From contig CM060733.1 of NCBI GenBank assembly GCA_030704615.1, positions 30,256,001 to 30,320,000 on the forward strand: a stretch of 64,000 nucleotides of DNA. Direction: 5' to 3'. The DNA is from Takakia lepidozioides. Its lineage: Eukaryota; Plantae; Bryophyta. Each line of letters opens with the position of its first letter. Within the stretch, counting starts at the first letter, position 1. Both the position numbers and the translations under genes were made by a program. Positions 12,501 to 23,368 of the stretch are shown here, one piece after another. Under the pieces are notes generated by a model that ran no database searches, was not told where the DNA came from, and worked only from the letters and a program-made list of their open reading frames with translations.

Positions 12501-12759
12501 ATCGCCCCCCTAGCTGGTGGATAGGTCCCTCTACCTCCAGATAGCTACAAGATGTAATAGCCACAGCCGTACTAAGTCCTCTATCACTGTCCCTATGTAC
12601 TCAAACTCTATAGACCAAGAGGCCGGGTACAAGAGTAGCCCCATCGTTAGTCGCCGTCTTGCAATCTATGAACTTGAGCCAAGATCTCGTGTGTTCAAGG
12701 TCTCCTAGTAGCTGGGTCTTGCGTTTCTTGTTAACCTCCCATGGTTGTATCCACTCCCA

Positions 12760-14030
12760 CTATCCAATGCAATGTGGACATAACCAATCCCCATCCGGAA
12801 CCATCTCAAGAGGTGGAGTCAAGCATCCCATATGCCAACCTCTAGAGCACCGATCACATACCAGCATGGTGGCTGCCCCTTTAGCAGACCCACACAACAT
12901 GCACCTCAAACCTGCAGATACCACTGCCAGGTTTGGGTCAATCCTGCCATCGACATTCGGAAGGTGACATGGCGCACAATTACGCACATGGTCCTTCCAA
13001 GTGATGCCATCCCGACCCTCCAAGACCAAGACGCCTGAGGGCAAGACCTCTCGAACCCTCAAAATAACACGTCCTGCAGTCACATCCAGGGTCGTAGGAG
13101 CAGTCTGCTGCAGATAGACATAGTCACCAGGGTTGAATCTCCGAACCCCAGGACGATAGCCCCCACCACGTATGGTAGCATACCTCAACGTATCACGGTG
13201 TTGTGCAATGGCAAGGTTCTCGAAAGCCATGGGCATGACTCTCTTGAACAACTCTGCACGCTGCTCACATGCACGTGCCCACACGTCCGGAATCGTCAAG
13301 GTTAAGAACTGTAGCAGCTTCTCTGCGAATGGATGTAGGCAAATCCGGCTCTCGGCCAAAGAGAAGAAAGTATGGTGAGAAAGAGGCAAGTGATGCTTGC
13401 TTGCTGAACCTGTAGCCCATGGCTAACCAGGGTAACTGAAGGTCCCAATCTCCTAGGTGTCCCTTCTGCAAGCCATACTTGCGCAAACCCCTCTTTACTG
13501 TCTGAACAACTCTCTCTGCCAAGCCATCAGGCTTCAGGATGATCCCGAGAAGTGGTGCGGTGGTCTATCAAGGCTTTGTCACACAAAGCCTGAAACTCCC
13601 CCAAGAACTCTCTCCCTTGGTCCGTGAGTACCTCAGCTGGAGCACCGAATCGGCTAAGCACACAATCCAGGAATGCATACGCAGCTCCCTCACTAGCCTT
13701 ATCAGGCAATGGAACCAATTCAATCCACTTGGAGAAGTGCTCCACCATCACCAACACGTACTTGTTGTGGCGCATGGTCAGTGGCAACGGCCCTGCGAAG
13801 TCAAGACTCCACCTGTAGCCCAATCCCATGATCGGAAGAGGGTGCAATTGTGGAGTAGGGGCGTTGAATGAAGCACGCACCCTGTCACACACCATGCACC
13901 TAGCCACAAATTGTTGCACCTCTGTGTGCATACCACGCCACCAATACTGCCCCTGCAGTAGACTATGAGTGCGTCGCACCCCAAAATGCCCCAACTCCTC
14001 ATGGGCATGCCGCACTAACCGGCCCGCTGT
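12760..14030 (-). pseudogene. Integrase with C-terminal PHD finger (frameshifted)
   Basis: HHCC (HEELGHFG...CMVC); WSLDFAGP, LTDQGREF and ERVVQT DDE motifs; C4HC3 CMLC...CDRC...WHMGC...WLCPHC. Confidence 0.9.
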
Positions 14031-15900
14031 GTTGGGTGAGGCACAATCCTCACTCGACCATCCTCCCACACTCGGAGCAGGTGTGTCCCCTCCCACCTGA
14101 ACCTCTTGGCTCGTTGTAGGATCCGATCCCTCTCCTTGGCAGTCATAGTGGCTGCCGTGTCTCCACTGCGGAGGTAGTCCAACACAACTGAATCCTCATG
14201 TATATCTTTGGCGCCACCCTGCTCATTGCTGGCCTCAGGGTCCTCAGACACTTGATCTACAGTCATCCCTGTTGTAGGTCCAACCTGGCCTTCCGCTGCC
14301 AAGATACACAGAAATGCAGATGCATGCCATCCGGGCACCATCTCCTCGTCCGTCTCACCATGCCACCGAGCTCCAGTGTCATCCTGCTGGCTCGTGCATG
14401 GATTGCGACTCAACCCATCTGCATTTCGATTGACCAAACCCGGTCGATGCACCACCTGAAAGTCATACTCTTGAAGGATGAGTGCCCACCGTGCAAGCTT
14501 CCCCGTAAGCTTGTCTGACTCCATCAACCACTTGAGTGGTTGGTGATCCGTGACAAGGGTGAAGAGATTGCCGTATAGATAGCACCTGAAGTGTGCCACG
14601 GCCCACACTGCAGCTAAGCATTCTCCCTCATATGAGCTATACTTAGACTCTGCAGCATTGTTCGAGCGACTAGCATAAGCCACTACGAACTCTCTTCCCT
14701 CATCATCCACCTGTGTGAGCACCGCTCCAAGCCCCAGCATGCTCCAATCTGTATGCAGCTGAAAAGGACGCCCCCTGATAGGTCGTCTCAAGATGGGCGC
14801 CGAGGTCAACCTCGCCTTGAGCTCTTGAAAAGCTTGTTCTTGCTCATCTTCCCACTGCCACTCCTGGTCCACCTTGGTCAGCTTGGTTAGAGCCTTTGCA
14901 ATGGCACTAAATCCCTTAACAAACCGTCTGTAATAGTTTGCTAACCCCATGAAAGCTCGAACTCGGCTCACATCCGTGGGACGTGGAACCTGTGCAATGG
15001 ACTCTACCTTAGTCTGCTGTACCCCCAATCCTCCAGGATATATCATGTGACCCAGGTACTCAATCTGGTTGTGGAAAAACTTGCACTTGCCCGGATGTAA
15101 CTTCAATCCGTGCGTCCTCAAGCGCTCAAATACCCCCTGAAGGTGTCTCTCATGCTCCTCCACCGCAACACTAAAGATGATGATGTCATCTATGTAGCAC
15201 CGAGCAAACTCCACCCCTGCTAGAATCCTGTCCATGACTCTTTGAAACTCAGCGGGAGCGTTTTTAAGCCCAAATGGTAAGAACCGCCATTGGTATAGGC
15301 AATCCTTCCCGTGCTCATTGATCCCCCAGAATGCCGTCTTTTGCTTATCCGCCTCCTTGATCGGCAACTGGTGATATCCGGATCGTAAATCCAACGTGCT
15401 AAAGACCTTGGAATGCCCAATGGCATCAAAGATCTCCTCTGGTGTTGGCATGGCATACCTATCGGACTTGGTCTGACGATTTACAGGCCGGTAATCACCG
15501 CACATACGTCTCTCCGTCCAATTGCCATAGACATCCTTCTTAGCTGGCATCACTGTGGCTGAAGCATACTCTCCACCAGAGAGCTCCACCAAACCTGCCT
15601 CCCAGAGATCTTGAGTCCTCATCTGAATCAAAGACCTCTCCATGTCACTGTATCTATAGGGTCTCCGAAAGATTGGCGTATCAGTGGCCAACTCAATACG
15701 GATCTCTTGACCCTTCAGTGCTCCCAAGTCCTTCAAACTGAAGGCAAAGCAATTCCTGTAAGCCCTCAGGAACCGCCGTATACGTCGTCTCTCTCCTCCG
15801 GTGACAATGGGTCCAATGTCAGGCTCCCAATTGTCCTCCGTAACTGCAACCTTAAGTCCAGTGGGCTTAGAGGTAGAGGACCCGTCCCGTGGTTGCTATG
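14015..15900 (-). pseudogene. Reverse transcriptase and RNase H
   Basis: [52 protein letters not shown]. Confidence 0.95.
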
Positions 15901-16199
15901 CTGCAACCTCTTGAGCAGTACCCCCTTCCTGCTCAGTCAATGACAAGGCCTCATCCTGCCCCATCATTTCATCCTTGAGAACCTCCTCATCCCGAGAAGA
16001 ATCCCCAACCTCATCCATCACAGCTGCCTTCGCTGCCAACTCCCTCTGAACCTCGAGCACCTCCCACATGTGCCATGGATGTCTACACCTCGTGGTCCTC
16101 ACCGGCTCGCCCCCACTCGCTGCCTGTACCGTCTCGGTAGGCAGAGAGACCGTCAAGGGAAGTACACTCCGCACTCTACGTTGCTCAGCCATAGCCAAG

Positions 16200-17145
16200 C
16201 TGACAATCCAGGTCAAGCAATTGAGATCCATTGCTTGCCCCAACACCTGACGACGTGATGCCTCAGAAAGAGAAGGCACCGCCGTGGTCCCAGTGGAAAA
16301 CCCCATAGCCCGCTCTCGCTCGTCGGCATTAGGCTCCATAACTGCTGCAACTGAGCATCCCACAGGAGGCCAGGTCCACCATCCCGAAAAGCATGGGATC
16401 CTGGGAAGCTGAGCAGTGTAGGTAATGCTGCTCGTGGTTGACCCACCCTATTGACCACTGCCAAAGGCGAACGGTCATCGTGTCTCACACGTTGAGACTG
16501 CCTTCCTGTGTCCAAAATGCCATCCACGGTGAGGTGTGCTGGCCGCTGCACCCCATCAAATGCACGCTTGAGCAGTGCGGGTGGCATCAAGTTAGTCCAC
16601 CATAGTCGTGGACGATGAGCCCGTGACCCCACTGCAGCTGCATCCAGCAACACTGCTGACCCAAGCCACGACCGGACTTGATGCACACTGGCCATCACCC
16701 TGGCCCGAGAATCACCCATCAGTGGTACATTCTCCAAGATGTATGCTGGAGATACAGCTTGATGAAGCTGCAAGCAACGCAAAATCCGCACCATCTCCCA
16801 AAACAGACCCGTCCTCGAGTCTCGTAATCCATTGCCATGCCCGGCTGATGAATGCCCTTGGCAGGGCCAACCTGCCACTATCAGATCAATAGAGCCAACC
16901 TGCTCCAAATCTTGCGCCCCCAACAAGGAAATGTCTGCTGGCAAGGCTTGTTGGTATCCACGAACTGCAGACACAGGCAACAAGTCAGGGTACTGCTGTA
17001 CCAACTGAGCCATATGGCGCAGTGAGACGCGTCATGCAGTCTCATCCCTCTCCACATACAGGTAACGCCTTACCCGCACACCTGCCTGTAGCACAGCAGC
17101 CAATCCGGTGCTGATCCCGCCAAACAAGTCCAGAAGGCAAATGCC
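16200..17145 (-). pseudogene. DNMT3-like C5 cytosine methyltransferase domain within pol
   Basis: Motifs I LDLFGGI, II YVERD, IV AGWPCQG, VI ILENV, VIII AHRPRLWWTN, IX ERERAMGF, X RRQVLGQAM. One stop (17032) and one frameshift (~16345). Confidence 0.92.
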
Positions 17146-19609
17146 TTCATCCGGCCGCTGCCATACAAGAGGTGTGGTGTCCAATGGCGACAACTGAGGT
17201 GGCCCTGGTGCAATCACCGAACTCTCCTCCTCTCCTGACGGTACAAAAGCTTCTTCCCAAGCTTGTTGCACCCGTCCATCAGCAGCTTGCTGCAAATCTT
17301 TGCTCGTACCCCACAACGGGGTGTGAGCAACCATGGCAGGCAACTCCGCCGTACCATGCATGTCATCCTGCTCTGCTGGAGGTGGCACATCCTCTGCATG
17401 GACATTGCCTTCCAGCAACTCTCCAGGCCAACTAACGGCAGCTGTGAAGGCGGCTAGTGTTGGCATCTGGCCCCGCTGGGCAGCTGCAATACCCCCAATG
17501 AATGTCACAGGGAGCTGTGCACGGCGACCATCCCCTGACTGCCATCCAGGCCTGTAGGATGCTGACTCCTCCCAGAAATCCAGGGTGAAGCCCATGGGGT
17601 ATAACACTGCCCCACCAACGAGGACATCGTAAGAGACCGCGTCTGTCACAATGGCCTTGGCTCGCATCACTGAGCCATCTACAGGATGATCCGGCTGCAG
17701 TCTAATAGCCAACTGATGTCGTGTCATGCCGCGAGCCTGCTCTGATCCTCCCAGAGATGTCTGTATCTGGAAAGGACAAGGCTCCATATCCGCCTCCATG
17801 AGGCCCAAACCTGCAATAGCAGCTCTGCCCAACATCAGTGGCTGAGCTCCTGAGTCCAACAAGACCCGCAGTGGCCGGTACTTCTTGCCTGCCGGTCCAC
17901 TCAAAGTGAAAATGCCTCCCTGGTTGTCTAACAAGACAACTCCAGGTGTCACCATGGCGCGCTCAATGGCTGGCCTAGCTGGCAGCTCCGTCAACCTAGC
18001 AGCTGCAGCTTGCCAGGGCGCTGCCGTGGCAGTCTTGACCCTCAAATCCGAGGATCCCTCTGCCACTACACCTTCCACTAACTCCGCAGAAGATGAAGTG
18101 ACCTCCCCACTCTCACAGAGTGTTGCTGCTAGTCTGAACACTGCAGCTGGTCTCACCCCCGGCGTCGCAATCATTGTTGCCGAGAACAGTGGGGCCTGAC
18201 ACACAGAGGTGGCTGCCCCCAATAACACACCGGCCGCACTAGCCTTGGCAGCAGGAGTCAATGCTGCACGTGTAGCTCTCCCCAATGGCATAGTAACCTC
18301 CGCCTCGGTAACAGTCGGGCGAGAACTAGGTGCCATGGATGGCGTTGACACAGTCTCCGCCAATGTGAATGACTGAGGAAGCCTTGCCTGACGGCTTGCC
18401 TCCCCACGCTGTGGATCCAATTCCACCTCTGCACCTCGTGGCTCAGGAACTCGTGCTGCTCCTCGAGTCACGGCTGCAGCAGACTCCACCTGCTCTAGTG
18501 GTAGTGCTGCTCCGCACATAAATCCCATGCCTCCCATATCTCCTCCCTCATGAGCAGGAGGTGGACCATCCCGCCTGGGAGCCGGTACCGCCTGAGCTAT
18601 AGCCATGGCAGCGAGCCTCTGCTCTAGCTGCTGAAGCCGGTTGGCCATGCCTTGATCAACGCCCTGACCTCCGCGTCCTTGGCCATGTTGAGCTTGCCCT
18701 TGGCCTGGCTGCTTGTAACAGGGTTGCATCTCGCACCCTTCTCTTGAGCTCATTGTCCAGAATTCCATACCAAAACTGGATTGCCTGAGCTTCAGTAACC
18801 CCTTGGGTCACACTTATCAAGCGCCTCATACGAGTGTACGCCTCTCGCAGGCTCTCACTGGGTTTGCGCTGGAAGTCTTGCAAACTTCGCAGCTTCTCTG
18901 TCCGTACACCTTGGTAGTTCCTCCGCAACTCCTGGAAGAACTCCACCACCGGGTTGAATCTAGGCACATGTGTTGTAGTTGTGGCAGGAGGAGTAGTAGC
19001 ACCTTCTGAACTGGTACCACCTGCAGAAGTACCAGCACTACCTGCTCCACTACTAGTGCTGGCAGTGGGAGCTATTGGTACTGATGCAGCTACTGGTCGC
19101 GTCGTGCCTCGAGTAATGGAGATGTAGTCAGGTGACCAATACATCCTCCACTCCTCAATCTCTGCTTCATGTCCTCGCCTGAACTCGTGGTAATCGTCCA
19201 TAGGCGGGCCTTCCAAATGCTGGAACAGTCCCTTCCACGCCATGAATGGGGTGAATAGATGTGGATTGCGCATCTGCTGCAAATCACACCAGCTGTCGAA
19301 CTCCTGGATAAAGTCATCCAACTCGATTGTGCCCACCGCTCCAGAGTACCTACGAGGCCCCTTGGTAGCTCCATACATCTCCTCCATGTCGTCCCACAAC
19401 AATGGCGAATGAAAGTGCACACCTGTTGATGAAGCCTCCGAGTCTGTGTCTGACTCTACAGTAATTGAGGGTGGCGGTGAAGGTGGTCTGAACCGAATAC
19501 CTCGTCTTGTGAACCCACTCTCACTGTTACTGCCTGTAGCCGTACTCCCCTCAAAACCCTTGGGTAACTCCGTAATGACACTCACAATGTGCACCTCCTC
19601 CAGTGACAC
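17146..19609 (-). pseudogene. gag and aspartic protease
   Basis: Gag-like YSG...LDDFIQEF...FQRKPSESLREAYTR; protease VLLDSGA...YDVLVG; frameshift near 18770. Confidence 0.8.
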
Positions 19610-20238
19610 TATAAGGCTCTAGTACTAATCTAATAGTGACACGGGTGGGCACCTGTTGCAGTCTAAGGGTCATATCCCAGTGGCTCAGGGCACCTGCACC
19701 TGCATCCACCGCAAGAACTCCTATGGTTGGCTGGTCATCAACCCAGCCTCACCATAGAAGAAACACTGGTGGTCTTGCTGGTCATCACTCCAGCCTCACC
19801 ACCGACAGCATACTCTAGGATTGACCGGTGATCAAATCCGGCCTAATCCCTATGAAAGCAAGCGCCCACACAAAACCAACATGGCGCACAGTCAAGCATG
19901 CAGGTGTTGGGGGGGATCCAAACACAAGAAATCAAAACATCAACACCCCCACACCAAAATCCAGCTGCAATGCTGATCCTGCAGAATATCCCAGCCCAAA
20001 ACCCCGGACTGACTGGCCTCCACCAAGAGAGGCTTTGGCAACTACAAGTATAAGGTAATGAAAATAGTACAGAGATGGAGGGGAAGAATAGAAGCCCGCC
20101 CAAGCAAGATCTAACCCTGATCTATGCTATCAACTTCCAGACTTCTCTCAAAGTACCTCGCTCTGCTTGATGGTAAGGTGTAGGAGGTATATCTATGTCC
20201 AGAAACCTGCCACTAACCTTGTCCCAAGCTACAGTAGC

Positions 20239-20958
20239 TCACTCTAACCAACCCTCCTCCTCTTTCTGCCAGGTAGAGACAAAGCAACACTCTGCTATCT
20301 CCCGCTCACTGAACACTAAAGAAAACAAAGGTAGGGTCTGATAGTCTCTCAACTCGAAAGCTTTGAGACGGTTGCGGGTGTCTTCATTGCGAATGACTGC
20401 ATCGCCTTCAAACAGAACAAACTTGTCCTCGCTAATGAACCCCCGCTCGTGGTTGCCTTGTGCAGAGCGTGTCCGACTGCAACACTGTCTAATTGCACAA
20501 ACTTGTGCAGCTCCTGCTCCTCTGCTCCAGTACACCACGGCCTTGTGGCTGAACACCTTGGTCCCCGGTGCTGTCTTTGGCTGTGTTCCAAGCCTAGCTT
20601 TCACCCACTTTGGTATTTCACCTACAGCTGCAGAACTGCTGGCTCCAACAGAGTTCTGACTGTCCAAGGCGATATTGAGGCCCTCAATGCCAACTACAGC
20701 AGTCTGTTGTCTACTGCTAATGCCTGATTCCCAGTATGCAATCAACTCGTCCAACTGTTCTCCACTCAAATCAGTCTGAGTTCCTTGGGAAACATAAATC
20801 CTGTCCCCTTGTGTGCACAGGCTAAGAGAAGAGACCTGCCCTTCAATTACGTCCTCATTTCCCCCAGCCATGCAAGGAGTACATCCACAGGTTTGTCTCT
20901 CATATAGGCCAGCACAGGTTCTAGAAACAGGATTGTGGATATTTCGTGGCACACTCAC
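20239..20958 (-). CDS. Extra ORF upstream of gag, unknown function
   Basis: Open 239-codon frame on the element strand with Cys clusters; no family recognised. Confidence 0.4.
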   Translation of the reverse strand: MSVPRNIHNPVSRTCAGLYERQTCGCTPCMAGGNEDVIEGQVSSLSLCTQGDRIYVSQGTQTDLSGEQLDELIAYWESGISSRQQTAVVGIEGLNIALDSQNSVGASSSAAVGEIPKWVKARLGTQPKTAPGTKVFSHKAVVYWSRGAGAAQVCAIRQCCSRTRSAQGNHERGFISEDKFVLFEGDAVIRNEDTRNRLKAFELRDYQTLPLFSLVFSEREIAECCFVSTWQKEEEGWLE

Positions 20959-21134
20959 ACTCTAAAAATTCCATAGATTTTTAGCAGAGTCCCAAAAACA
21001 GAAACCAGGTCTAGATAGGTAGATTTCCCCTTTCTGCAGCTATCCCCTCAAAAACTGTGTCAAACAGAGTTCATTTGCCAAAGATATGACCAATTAGGCT
21101 CTAAATCCTTTAACTTAGATCAAAAGGGTTTTTT

Positions 21135-21166
<32 letters not shown>

Positions 21167-21187
21167 TTCAAATTTAAAAATTCAAAG

Positions 21188-21301
21188 GAAGGTGAGAAGC
21201 TCTTTGGAAACTTCCCCTATCCTTACATGCTTTTCCACCTGGGTCATGCTTTCTCCCTGCATGGGGTGGAATTTGCATATGCTTATCAGCGTTGGAGAGG
21301 G
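21188..21301 (+). pseudogene. Captured fragment of cytosolic leucyl-tRNA synthetase (HIGH-motif region)
   Basis: GEKLFGNFPYPYM--LFHLGHAFSL..EFAYAYQRWRG. Confidence 0.85.
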
Positions 21302-21479
21302 CGGCAAGAGCGGACGTACTGATTGCGGGCGTACAGAGCTGAAGGATGGGCTTTAGGGGCTATGGCGGCTGTCTCAATGCAGGTTGTAGCGGAAGTCTCC
21401 TGCTCGACTCTGTGGCAGTCGGGCTTTCTGGCGGGTTCCAATGTGCAGATGGTTACCACCTCCATGGGGATGCTCAACA

Positions 21480-21635
21480 GGGTTCATGGCCACACCCCGC
21501 ACCTTAGTCCAGCTATTGCGCTTCACCTTGTACTTGTGATATGCACACCTTCAGCATAGTCTTCTCTGTTCGGCCCCTTCCAGCAACCTGCCCTACCATC
21601 GCTCGGCATCCGCTTGGTATAACCTTCTTTGCTCC
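21480..21635 (-). pseudogene. RPL8: Captured fragment of 60S ribosomal protein L8 (uL2)
   Basis: [51 protein letters not shown]. Confidence 0.9.
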
Positions 21636-21704
21636 CTTAGTGAGAAGGATGTATCTTTTGTGCTCGTTGCATTTCGTGTCCAATTACTCCATCTACGTTG
21701 AGGA

Positions 21705-22007
21705 TCAAAGAGAAAGCAACGACACCTGCTCGTCAAGCGAGCACTCAACACAGCACGAAGTGCGGCAGCGAGCTGGAATGAGCACAAGGCCCAGGCTACG
21801 TTGTTCCATAGGCGGGGGCTCCTTCATCACTGATGCAGAGGGGCCAGGAATTTGCCTGAACTCCAGAGTGTCATACAAAATTATGTTCCCTTGTTTGTCC
21901 AGACAATGAAATTTCTCCACAAACACTCGTCCGTCCTCTACTCCCACACGCAGCCTGCGATACAGAAGCTTCCGCGCCCGCTTCACAATGGGCTTCACCG
22001 TCTCCAC
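21705..22007 (-). pseudogene. Captured intronless Sm/LSM-domain CDS, NAA38/MAK31-like
   Basis: RKLLYRRLRVGVEDGRVFVEKFHCLDKQGNIILYD...RSLGLVLIP. Confidence 0.8.
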
Positions 22008-22094
22008 TCCCTGCTCCTCCTGCTTCTCTTCTCTACCTTCTTCTGCTGCAGCCGTCCACTTTGTTGGAGTAGGATCCCCTCCTCGGGTCGAAGG

Positions 22095-22795
<701 letters not shown>

Positions 22796-23003
22796 GCTTG
22801 CTGGATTGCACCGACTCCCTCTTTGTCTATCCTCTTTGTTTATTGCTGCAACTTGACCCCATTCTCAGATATAGCCACATGTTGACAAAAATTGCAGCAA
22901 CATCTCAAGCCTCCCGTTCTGCTCCCCGTGACCAAGCTATATTATAATAGTGCTTAAAAAACAAAAACATCATATCTAGCTTAGCACTGGAAAACTAGAT
23001 AGA

Positions 23004-23020
23004 GCTCATCTTTCTCGAGT
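23004..23020 (-). promoter_or_regulatory. Self-priming-type primer-binding site
   Basis: GCTCATCTTTCTCGAGT abuts the 5' repeat and is the exact reverse complement of 23202-23218 inside it. No tRNA-type TGG PBS is present. Confidence 0.7.
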
Positions 23021-23368
23021 GATAGAAAACCAACGAACACACTGGTTACACAAAACATGAAAACCAAACCATCACTCTTTAAAACAGTAGTCGAGCCAGG
23101 GGCACCCCAAGCTATGGGGACTCCACCCCACAACAACCTACACTCCCATCGTGAGTACACTCAGACCTAAACGCATGCAGGAGTTCGGTCGCGCAGGCTC
23201 AACTCGAGAAAGATGAGCCGCGCGACTGCCGCTCTCGTGAAGATAAGACGGACCAGGTGTCAAACTAAACTTGACACCTGATTTAACACTTGACCTAAAT
23301 CCAAGTGTTGAATACAAATAACTAGTTTTATTCTAGCTGTTTTCACACTGTGCTTATTTAACTTGACA
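23020..23368 (-). repeat. 5' terminal repeat X (349 bp)
   Basis: Apparently identical to 12065-12413; reads TGTCAAG...CTATCA on the element strand. Confidence 0.9.

Noticed and set aside
21705-22007. Functional host NAA38/LSM gene
   Set aside because: Lies inside a retroelement among truncated gene fragments; treated as a captured copy
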